DNA of 63,851 nucleotides, counting the filler, from Choristocarpus tenellus KU-1152 (Eukaryota > Protista > Phaeophyceae), in assembly GCA_964200185.2 (NCBI GenBank). It is 12 parts of 12 records of this genome, joined end to end, with 100 filler letters (N's around TTAATTAATTAA, not from the genome) between each part and the next. Parts side by side here need not be neighbours in the genome. Positions count along the whole stretch, not along the records: positions 26,566 to 40,432 come from CAXNAD020001340.1; positions 40,533 to 43,179 come from CAXNAD020025987.1; positions 43,280 to 48,226 come from CAXNAD020012421.1; positions 48,327 to 53,185 come from CAXNAD020012760.1; 8 more parts are not named here. One strand, 5' to 3'. This document shows, one piece after another, positions 37,501 through 48,615 of the stretch. Numbering within the stretch: position 1 is the stretch's first letter; each line of letters begins with the position of its first letter. The notes under the pieces are model-generated. The model had not been told where the DNA came from. It worked only from the letters and a program-made list of their open reading frames with translations, and did no database searches. A program made the position numbers and the translations under genes.

Positions 37501-40500
37501 AATGCCTCCAACCTAGCTTAACCCTACACCACAGGGCGAGGAACTTCGACGTTTCTTCTGTAAGGTTACGTATGCATTACGAATCTTACTCTGCATCTTC
37601 TAAGGAATTAGCATATATTATGTAAGGCTACCTATGTGCTACTAATCTCGTATACTGCTCGCGCTTGGTAGAACAAAAGAAGAAATGCTCTCACTATTCG
37701 CCTGTAACATGCCCCCCAGCGTGAACTAGCAATAAATGTTTTACGCTTACCACAGGCGATTGTCACCGGTGAAGGCAATAGATATCATCAACCACCTCAG
37801 ATCATCCTGTAGCAAGGAAAAAGAAGAGAAAAAAAATAGCCAACTCCTACTAGGTCCAAAACATATATCCTTACCTTACTTGGGGAAATCTGTCTGAATC
37901 TAGCCTAATCTGAGTATACATTTACTCTTTTTAAAGTGCAGCTTCCCTAAGGTGCCAAGATCCATCTGATTATTGGCTGTCTCACCCCCCCCAAGCATGA
38001 AGCATACTGACGGCTGCTAATGCGTAAAACAGGCAATAACATCAACATCAGCGAAAAAAATGAGACAAGGGACAGAAAAGAAAGGACTGAAGAAAGATAA
38101 AACAAAACAAGCAAGAAGGCATCAGGTACCTGATCTGACAAAAAGAGAGAAAAAAGATAAAGCAAGGGATAGAGAAAAAAAATGGAAAAAGATAAATAAC
38201 AAAAGAAAAAACGAATAGAATAAAAATGAAAAGGAAATAGAACAAAACACGGAGCAAAAAGGATCAGGTACCTGGTTTACAGAAAAGAAAAAAAGGAAAA
38301 AAAAGCATCACATATAAATTAATGTTTGTTCTTATGTGTGTTACTTCATGGTTCTAAATTCTGTTATCCTACCTTCCATGCAGGGACTACCTGTTTCACG
38401 CTTACCACAGGCGATAATCATTGATCTGGATAATGCATATCATCCATAACCTTAGATCATGCTGCGGCGGCATGCATAATTGTCATCTGGTAACATAGGG
38501 GCTTCAGTTCCGACTCTGCCAGTTGTCTCCAACATAACCCAAAGTATCTGGGGGGGGGGTCTAGACCAGGGTGTACATTCGGACCAAAACCAGGAAAGTG
38601 AATGCAATCTCCGTCAAATTGTGTCTGATCTAATCTGATTATACACTTGTTGAAACCTGAATCGAAAGCATCGTACATGTAAGCAAAATGCATAGACTAC
38701 AAGTGAAGAGAAATCCTGGTGTTGTAATTGTAAAGCACGATGAGTAATACGCGTAGTCTGTGTTGTGATTAGATGTGATTGTGCAGAACAGCACTGATGA
38801 ATTTATTCTGTTGCAACTGAAGTCATTGATCTCTCAGTTAAGAATTATGTGATGTGAATTCAGTGTACTTTCATGAGATACTCAACGAAAGAATTCCATG
38901 CTCCATGGAGAGGCTTGTGACCTTAGCTGGCAAGGGTTTCCGCAGATGGTTTTAACTCTGATCATATTACATGCACGTGTGCGTCAGGGGCACTTATCGC
39001 AGAGTGAGCTTGATGCACTCAAAGGGATAATGACAACCAATGAAAAAATAATAACAAAAAATTAACTTGCATCTGGGGTTTTCTGCTGATAAAAAGAAGA
39101 AAAGAGATGACAGACAACAGCAAAGAAAAAAAAGAAGGTAACAGCGGAACGCGCTTAGAACAAGATCCGAAGTAACTTGGATGACGCTTGCTATGATGTT
39201 GCTGTGTGCGATGTGTATCAACTGAATACCAACTGATGCTATACTTCTATCTACCGTTATCTATGTGATGATGAGTTGGGATGCGCGATAAATAAATGGA
39301 CAATAGCAACCAGTGCAGTGGAGCAATCAACAGTCAGTACAAGCTGGCAGTTTGGTATCAAATTAAGAAGGAACAAATGAGTAGTCAATGTTTTAACACC
39401 TGTTCTTCTGAACTGGACCTTCAAAAGTTACAAAGTACATAGCTCTGATTACGTATACAATTCATGAATCTTCGGTTCCAATCTCCCCAGTTATATAAAT
39501 GCAAGTGCTATCAAGAATTAGACATATTATTCATGACCTACTTGGCATCTGATTATTGCCTGTCTGATGCCCCCCAAGCACAAAGCATACTCAAGGCTGC
39601 TAGTGCGCAAAACAGGCAATGACAAAAAATTAAAAAAAATAAAAATAAAGGACCAATGAGAGCAACAAATAATAATAATCATAAATAAAAGAGAGAAAAA
39701 GAAAGAATAAAAATAAAATAAGTAATAAATAGAAAGGAAAGAAAAATAACGTGAGGATGATGAGGGTAACAAAGTGGAAACTAAATAATATAAAAAGAAA
39801 AATGAGAAATGAAAGAAGAAAAAAAGTCACTAAATAAGGAGAGTAACAGCTATGAAAAAAATGAAATTAAAGATCAAGGGATGATGGGATGAGAATTAAA
39901 AATAGTGAATAAACATTAGAAGAATAAAAGTGAGATAAAGAAGATGTATCTTAAAAAAAATAGAAAATTCAAGATCTGAGTAGTTACGACATAGAAAAGA
40001 GGAAAATAACTAAAAATAAAAAGTAATGAGTTCGGTATATATATTTTGTAAGGACTTCGACCTATACAACCGATGTATATTAGTGTTTACTCTAATGTGG
40101 GCAGCTTCTTCATTCCAACTTCTGCTGTCTTATGTTCCTTTCAGTGGCTATGGTTATCACTGATTTAATCTCTTGTTCTAGCACATACCGGCTGAACCTC
40201 ACCTTGTCCTTCAGGCATATAGTTGTAATCTGCTGAGAGGTTTTCTAGAGGAGGCACTCATCTCTCTCCTGCTGAATTTCTCCTTACCTCAATTCTTCAA
40301 CCATACCCTCCAGTAGAGTGACTTGAACTCAAAAACTAGACCCTGTGTCCTACCTGTCTCTTTCACTTTCACCCAGGCTCAAAGTATCTGGGGGGGGGGG
40401 TGTGGCTGTCCATTTGGGGTCAATTTTTTCATNNNNNNNNNNNNNNNNNNNNNNNNNNNNNNNNNNNNNNNNNNNNTTAATTAATTAANNNNNNNNNNNN

Positions 40501-40532
40501 NNNNNNNNNNNNNNNNNNNNNNNNNNNNNNNN

Positions 40533-42389
40533 CTAGCATCGTATTAAGGTCGTTGGATTTGAGTTGTACATCCTGGAAGGTGAGCATTGAGGGGCGCCTG
40601 TAACAGTCGTTCCTCGAAGAGACCTCAAGACTCCCAACATCACAGTCGATCAGTCAGTGGGTTTCTCTTGCAGAAAACTCAAACTAATGGCCCAGGTATT
40701 TGTAGGATGGACCTAAATTAATACTCTTCAGAAATATGGTGTACCACTGAGGTTGAAGTTGCCACTGACCATCACATGAAGGTGGCCTTGGGCATGAACC
40801 ACATGTGATAATGCCTGCTAAAAGTCTTCTCTTTTTTTTCAGGAGGGGAAGAGGAACTGGGTTCCTTTGGCTAACCTAGGAGGACATTCTCCTTGGTGAT
40901 GCTGATAGTAGGTTGTATCTAACCTGGTAGATGCTCCGAAGTGTACATGGATATGTGTCTCTCCTTGAACCAATTTTGGTCCTCATTGCTGGAGCTGATC
41001 CCTGAATTGCTTTCCTACGCACCTTTTTTCTTATCTCTGTGACCTGTCGCTCGCTAAATTGAATGCACGAAAAAATCTGCTGTGTGTGTGTCTGGAATTA
41101 TGTACCAATAAGTAGGGCCATAAACCCATACTAACCCACAAAATAATATATATATACATACACATATGTTCGTAAGAAAGGTGACCCTGTGTGATGGGTC
41201 CGCCTTTTTTTGTTGCCATATAGGTCGTTTGATCTCTTTTTGCTCCCCTTTGCGTTATTGCCTTTCTGATCTTAGGTTCAAGTATACTCCATGTTGCTTC
41301 CTTCTCCTTGACAAATCCCTCAATTAATAGCCTTTCCTCCTTTCAACATACTTGGAAATAGAGTGTGGTAATCGATTAATCAATAATCAGAATAAGTATA
41401 TATAGTTGATTTGTTGGCAGACCGCCGCTTTTGACAACAAAGCGTATAAACAATTACATATTGGGGGAAGAGGAGGACCGTTTGGCTATAATAAGTATCA
41501 TGGATCGTGCCACTGTTGGTTTCCTTTCCAGTTACACCATCGTACTGCCAACTCCATCGTTTCAATACATTCACAGAGTGGTTCCCTAAAACATCGTTCA
41601 CTTGTGTTCATTCAACATATAGCAAGGGCAGGTATAAAGGGGAACAGAGGCTAGCCCCAAGTATTGGTAACAGTGATGCCATTAGAAGACAATGTCCTAA
41701 GTCTTAATAGAATTTCTACTTGATTTGGGTCTAACGTTTTTAAGGAACTCGATGTCCACTAGCAATAAACAATTTCCAATTCCACAAAACCACTATTTGT
41801 TGCGCCAACCAATGAAAACTTGTCAGAGCTAATATGTAGTCTTTAAAACTCTGTTAAGTGAACAATATAATAATAAAAGTAAATCTCTATGCCAGAAATC
41901 AAGGTGGAAGAGATCAAGGAAGTCTATCTACAAGGTCCAGAGGGCATGGCGAAGACAGGGAAGCCACGCAGTTAGTTCTATAGCATCATACAAGCTACTA
42001 GGGCAACCACAGTACTCCATAGCGCTTAGAACAGTTTTGTTACAGGCGCCCCTCAGAACTCACCTCCACAGGATGTACAACTCAAATCCAACGACCTTAA
42101 AATGACGCTATGGTGGCGAGTGAAAGTATCTTAGAGAGTACGAGTTTTTCCCTGTTTGTCCATTTGGGGCTTGGGTTCCCACGGGGTTTTTATGACAATT
42201 TCCTCAGTAATCCGAAATGTCTCGGAGTAGGTGCAATGTATACATTATGAAAAGGTGTGTCCGAACAAGGATATGGACACTTCCGAACAAACACGATAGC
42301 CAAAATTACATCAAAGTCACAACATTGGATTTTGACACCCAATTGGACACGGCTCTACCCTCTAAGATACTTTGGCTCTGGCGTTGCCC
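40533..42389. mobile_element. Non-autonomous DNA transposon with long (>=73 bp) TIRs; left end cut by gap, right end apparently interrupted by a family A MITE
   Basis: 40533-40604 is close to the reverse complement of 42038-42110 (TGTTACAGGCGCCCCTCA...CAGGATGTACAACTCAAATCCAACGACCTTAA); no intact transposase inside. Confidence 0.75.
42118..42378 (+). mobile_element. MITE family A, full-length (261 bp) with 4-bp TSD TGGC
   Basis: TGGC|GAGTGAAAGTATCTTAGAG...CTCTAAGATACTTTGGCTC|TGGC. A further partial copy lies at 48163-48226. Confidence 0.9.
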
Positions 42390-43464
42390 TTTACAACAGT
42401 TTGTAAGGTGTTAGGTGTCCTTCTCTTCTTGATATTCCACTCAGTGCTTAGCTCAAAGCTCGACTCAAAGTCTCGTTCAAGATAAAGACAAAGACTGGTG
42501 CATAAGTGGGGTGATGGATTGACCAAAAGCCCTCTTATTATTTTCATCATCCACCCAATTTTTTTGGTCTTCTATCAACTGCTCTATAGGTACTCCAATG
42601 ATAAGCCTTTGTTCTGCAACTTCTTAGTGACTTTGACGTTTTCTTCTGTAATGTTACGTAGGTATTCCGAATCTTACTTTGCATCTTCTACAAAATCATC
42701 ATTTATTCTGTAAGGCTACCTATGTGTTACTAATATCGTATATAGTTCGTACTTGTTAGAACGCGAGAAACAATCCTCACACTATATGTCTGTCACAAAT
42801 GTTCGTACAGTGGGTTACCCGATTTTGGGCCAAATATTATGAACCAAATCAATACAAATCGATTTTGTACCGCTTTTTTTCGACATGCTAAACATAGGAT
42901 TTTATACCGGAATTATCATATTCGGACGATTTGGCACAAAATACCAGATATATTCACGCGAGTTTGGCGCGCGCGCAAAAACTTCTCGCGAAAAGTGCCC
43001 TTCTTCCTGGGTCATGCTACCATACAGCAGTACAGTACGTTGGACATAGGGGTATAAAGTGGAAGCTATGCCTTGTGCAGTGGGAAACCTCTGCAAGATG
43101 CCTTCAAACACACCGGGTTCGCCTTTCTACACAATCCACAAGTGCCATAAGTGTGGTGGGTACCTCCATGGTATATGTGNNNNNNNNNNNNNNNNNNNNN
43201 NNNNNNNNNNNNNNNNNNNNNNNTTAATTAATTAANNNNNNNNNNNNNNNNNNNNNNNNNNNNNNNNNNNNNNNNNNNNCCCCCCCTCCCAGATACTTTG
43301 GGTCTGATCTGAGGCAAGAGCCGATTATCAAAGCATATCATAGCTCGAGCTTTGGTCAGCACTATGTAGGTCAATATCCATTTGATTGATGAACAAATAG
43401 GATCTGCACCTACATGCATATTTTTTACGCTTTCGACTGGGTGATGGGCTTTAAATGCAACAAC

Positions 43465-44709
43465 CTGAAGTAGCTTAGCGTGTAGCACCCAAATCGTAAT
43501 CTGTTGGAGGACTCCACCACCGGCTGCGTTGTGCAGTGGAGGAAAAAAGTGCAGTCGGAGCAGTCCCTTGTACGAAACTGCTGGCATGCTGTTACCACCG
43601 TACAGTCCTTGCAGTTTCGGACGAAAAGGCTGGAGAAGAGGAAAGGAACGAGTTTTGTGGCGATTAGTACGAAAAAGGGAGGAAGACATGCCTTACCCTA
43701 TCTTCCTTCAATGGATGAGAGACATATGGTGGTTTGCCTCTAGTTTTACCTTGCTTGTGAAGACTTCTTGCTTACGCGTACTCGAATATCGTTTTCAGAG
43801 AACAGCCATTGTAGTAGTTGCAGTAGTTTATATCGATATTCTCTGACATTACTTTTCTTCAGCTCTCGCATATAGGCACGCAATGTCGATGTCAAAACAC
43901 ATGGGTACTGTGCTCTTCAATTGCATCGAATATCAGTACCTCCTTCCAAGACCCTCTTATACCACCCACCCTCATCCAAGAGTCAGACTCTGACTCAGTT
44001 CTGCCTCTGTACTCAATCTTTCATTGTTTCACAATTCTCATCCCCACATTCAGTTGTTTTGAAAACTAACCTGGATTCGCATGGACCAGTGATGAGGCGG
44101 CAGTTGGAACAATAATCCATGGTGAGAGCTGCTGAATGATCAAAGAGGTAAACGTCACAGTCGGAACACTCCTCTACGATGAACTGCTGGCCTGCTATTC
44201 TCCCTGGATCTCTCACGATAACCTGGAGGGGGTACAGCGGAAGACATTAGACATTTTAATGAGAAATGTACCGTGCCTCAGACGGGGTTATCAGGTAATT
44301 ATTGTAGAGACTGTGAGGGACTAGACCGAGGGGTTTGACAATGTTGAAGCTACGCTACTACCAATGTAAATCCCACCTCCCCTCGTTTTCCAGTGATGAC
44401 GAAATCCCTTGGGTCAAGTCCGGTTTTCTTCCCCAACACGCTCTGTGATACACCATCAGTTGAAGCATTCTTTCCCCCCGTCGCCGTCACTGCGATATGT
44501 TCTCCTTTAGATGTTGCCGCATCTGCTTCGAGGACATGCGGTTAGTGTGCCAGAAAGCACGGGCTGCGAACCATTGTGAGTCCATTTTGTTGGTGGAGAT
44601 CATGGGGATATTCACCCCAATGTTCACCTGGATTCCAACCGATCCGAGGGGATTTTGTTTGAGGCTTAGGTGACTCCTTGTCGATTTGCTTGGTGAACAG
44701 GTTTCCCAT
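43465..44709 (-). CDS. RP2: RP2/XRP2 orthologue (TBCC-domain ARL3 GAP), 5' part; exons 44709-44628, 44522-44377, 44222-44071, 43629-43465
   Basis: MGNLFTK (myristoylation-type start)...LDPRDFVITG...PGRIAGQQFIVEECSDCDVYLFDHSAALTMDYC...GPCESSLFVRNCKDC...ACQQFRTRDC...CTTQPVVES...FGC. Colinear with human RP2, including the QQFR arginine finger. All introns are phase-compatible; CACTAAC branch point in intron 1. Confidence 0.92.
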
Positions 44710-44882
44710 ATTGCAGAGGTCCTAGGAGTGGGTACGGGAAGTATACTGTGATGGCCTGGCGTTGACGGTGGCTGTATGAGCTTCAAACGATTCGACGGTT
44801 ACACAGTCATCATCCATCTGAATGTGTTGGGACAATCGAAATATCTTTGCGGCAGTATTGTAGGACATCAAGAAAGCTTTAG
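44710..44882. promoter_or_regulatory. Putative compact bidirectional promoter between RP2 and the RCC1-repeat gene
   Basis: Only 173 nt separate the two divergent predicted ATGs; depends on the exon-1 assignment of the RCC1 gene. Confidence 0.4.
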
Positions 44883-46942
44883 ATGGAGAAAGCGCTGTTG
44901 GAAGCAACGGTTGATCCTGGCCAAAATGATGCAGCCTACCGCAAGTCAAAATGGGGAGTCAGGTCAAGACGGCATTTTCTTCAAGGCCAAGAAATATCGA
45001 TGACTGGAAAGTCACCAGCAGGATCAATGAAGATCAGGGGGAAGGACAGAGTAAGAAAATGTGACATCGGATCAGAGCCATATCCAAGTACTGTCTGTCG
45101 CGGAAAACAAATCATGATGAAGGCCAAGGAATTCCACAAGGTCATGTGCGGACTACAGGACACTTCCGGGTTCAAATATATTGCTCAACAACCTTTGAGG
45201 TGTGTCAAAATATATGTCGTTTCTTGTTTTATTTCTTGTTTGCGCACAACTATTGTCCCATACAGCGAAGACTACTCAAAAGAATGTATCTAAAACTGGT
45301 TCTACTATTCAAGTCGCCGTTGGGATCAGAATGTTAATTTTATCCTAACCCAGATCTCTAAATTAGACTCCCCCGTTACGTGGTCACTAGTCACAAACAC
45401 TCCCTTAAGCGTTGTTGAAACATCAATCAGTTGTGGTGGCTCTATCATAGAAACGAAGAACTCGATATACGAAAATTCGATTCCAATGCGTAGGAACAGA
45501 GAAAAATATACCTAATTACCCCGTCGACTTCCAAAGCTGCCTAATCATGCCTTGCGCCCTTCCGTCACTCCTCTCTATTTTGCAGGAATGAGAGAGAGAT
45601 TATCGCGGCAAAGAATAGGGAATGGGAGGTCGCAAATGAACCCCAGCCACAAGATACAGTCTTTTTCTGGAAACTAAAACCAATGGGCGCCGTTGTTGTT
45701 GAATCGAGTCCTTTAGCACTATTTCCGTCCAGTCCATGGGAAGCTAAAGACACAGCGAAGAAAAGTGTCAGGACTGACTCCTTTGAATCGTGTGTTGAAG
45801 AGCCACAGCAAGAAAAGGAGGCTTCAACTCAAGGGAGGAAGACGGACAGGTTTGGCCATTTGATACAAGAGAGGAATTTAATTCGGAGTCAAGGTCTCCC
45901 TGAAGGAACTTTGGAGCCAATGAGTTGGGGCTGGGGAGGGGAGTATCGACTGGGGACAGGGTATGACAACGAGGAAGAGTGTCCCACCCATTTGCATATG
46001 GTGGTCAAGGTAAATCCTCCCATTCCGGGTCCAAATGCCCCATCTTTGGTATATTTTACCCAACTCAGTCCAAGGTAGCACGTTCTATATTCGTGTTCAA
46101 CACATAGTGTGCCGTATACCTCACACCATTGAAATTATTTGTAGGTCCTGCAGCAGTGCATCTTCATCATGTGAAGACGCAAGCAAGATAAATCGATCTT
46201 CTCCCCTTCCTTGCTAACCCCAGCGTACTTTCCTTCTGTGCCCACCTATAAGCTGTAATTGTGGTACTGAGGCTAAATGTGTACATCGAAGGACCTCTAC
46301 ATATTCAATCTATGAAGTACCCTAAGTAGTACATAATCGTAATCTGTATGCAAGTGTCCTATGTACTCTATGAAAAAAAGTTAACACAAAGAAGTTTACA
46401 CATCACCTGGGACTAGTTGCAACTCCTCCCCTTGCTTCATTTATCCTATACTCCATTCAATGTAGGGTCACCAACTGGTTGCAGTGGCTGCTGGTAAGCG
46501 GCATACACTCCTTGTGTCAGACACAGGATTAATTTTCTCTGCCGGGGAGGCACTCGACTGGCAGTTAGGTATCATCAGCGATTTCATTAATGACCCCACA
46601 CCCAGAGCTGTTCAAAGGATCCCAAAGCAGGTATGATGCTAGGTGTGAATCAAGCGTGGTATCATAATCAATTAAAGGTACTTCAAATACCTCAAATGTT
46701 GCTGTTCATTTATGTTGTGGAGTGATTGGATCTGTTGTCATTGTACTTGTCACCATTGCAGTTAACATGTGCCTGTGCTTGCATTTGTCTCTGGGAATAA
46801 GGTTCTCCCCTCTGGCCACCTCAAGAAGGGGATGGACTTTAAGGTGGTTGGAGTTGCTGCTGGTGATACATTTTCATTGGCCCGAGAGGCTAATGGGGAA
46901 GATGCTGCTCAAGCTACTGAGGGCTTGCTGTGGATGAAGGCG
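44883..46942 (+). CDS. RCC1-repeat protein, 5' part; exons 44883-45199 (tentative), 45586-46009, 46466-46630, 46802-46942
   Basis: SWGWGGEYRLGTG...P, VAVAAGKRHTLLVSDTGLIFSAGEALDWQLG and VVGVAAGDTFSLA are RCC1 repeat signatures; splice sites are in phase. Confidence 0.82.
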
Positions 46943-48390
46943 GTGTGTGATTGACTATAACAGAGATGGAAATGTGGAGTATTATGATATTCACTGCATA
47001 CCTTGTGTATTACTGTTCAACACTATGTGTACACTTTGTGTGGGAAAACGTTCTTTATTAAATCCATTCATTAGGAGGGACGCCAGTCTGCAGCGAAATG
47101 CCTAATGAATCCCAAAATGTGTCAAGAAATGACCCTGCGCAATAGGCGTATTTTGGATTCCTACGTTCCAAACCGTACAAAGCGGCCTTGCCATAGAGTT
47201 AGGGCTATTTTTGAAATGTCTTACCTTGCACATACATACGAAGAGTGCTAGTCTGGTCCCCTTGTTCCCACTGTGTAGTACAAAGGAGTACAGGGCGCTC
47301 AGTTAGTACCCAAACACTGGAGGAGTATCAGTTTGGCCGATCACTGAGGCTACAGCCATTGCTCTTTAAGAATGAATAGTTTAGAATAGTCGATGGTAGA
47401 CAAACTTGCATCAGGATATCTCCACTCAGTCTCAATCCTTGCTTGTGCCCCGTAAGTTAAGAGGTTATGGAAAACAAGGGGGCAAGGCAGTAGAGGTCAC
47501 TATTGAATGGAAGAATGACAAGGACTGCTCTGTTTGCTGAGCATAAGCTCATCGACTCCTCTATAAGCAGTATGTCACCACTATTCTAAAGTCCGTTTTC
47601 GAGAACTATGTTTTACAAATTTTCAAGTAGTGTGGTAACAAGAAGGGGTCTTTTTTTCTACCACCTGTGTAGAACATGGTTCCTTGTGTATATGAGTAGT
47701 ATACTATTCAACCTAGCGCATCTAGACAAAAGCAAATGCTTTACAACACTGTTGCACGTGGCTCAAGGGTAGTTTCGGTCTTTTGCGCTGCCTCTGCAAA
47801 ATATGTGTCAACACGGTGTTGTGTTGGAGTGCCTCCAAGGTTTCACTCTCTCCTTTCACTCTTTGCTTAAATTTATTATTTCTATAGCACTTGTATCTTC
47901 CAAAGCATTTTGTGTTGTTTTTTCTCCAACTGCCCTTCAACTACCTGCCTGCAACCCCACCACAGGCTAAACGTGAATAACTCCCAGAAGTTGTAGGACA
48001 CAGTTTTTCCTGGGTCACCAATGTCCAAGAGGACTTGAGCACAGTAATACCAATCGATCAGCTTCCAGAATTTATTTACTGCTTCTCCTCCAAGCTTGCC
48101 TTTTGACCTAGAGTCTGGGACTCCTCAAACTATTGTGAATACCTTATTGAATATATTGGTAAGAGTGAAACTATCTTAGAGGGTACGATTTTTTCCCTGT
48201 TTGTCCATTTGTGGGGCTTGGCTTCCNNNNNNNNNNNNNNNNNNNNNNNNNNNNNNNNNNNNNNNNNNNNTTAATTAATTAANNNNNNNNNNNNNNNNNN
48301 NNNNNNNNNNNNNNNNNNNNNNNNNNCCCCCCACACACTGTACTACTACCACACCCGGCACGGATTCCCATTCAAAAAGGGGCCCTTAAA

Positions 48391-48615
48391 AAGTGCCGCA
48401 ACATTTACAAAAAAAACATATCGACACTTTTCCCGGTCACTATTGGGTCAAACCCATCCTCAATAAAAAGTCCATCCTCAATTTTGAGAATACGCTGTTA
48501 AGTGCTGCAACATTTACAAAAAAAAACATATGGGCACTTTCCGCACACCATTTTGGGTCAAACCCATCCTCCATAGTATACTCCATCCTCAATTTTGGTG
48601 AGAGGCTGTTTAAAC
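48391..48615 (+). repeat. Dispersed repeat family C, two tandem ~110-bp units; related copies at 60938-61012, 62360-62413 and (reverse) 18228-18273
   Basis: The motif GGGTCAA(A/G)CCCATCCTC...CCATCCTCAATTTT...GCTGTT recurs. Confidence 0.75.

Noticed and set aside
37947-39830. Phe/Leu-rich membrane-protein-like ORFs
   Set aside because: Translations of low-complexity A-rich tracts.
47960-48110. Possible further RCC1 exon with in-frame TAA, hinting at stop-codon reassignment
   Set aside because: No RCC1 similarity. No reconstructed exon needs TAA/TAG read-through, TAG ends the AKR, JmjC and GH38 genes, and the tRNA-Gln has an ordinary CTG anticodon.
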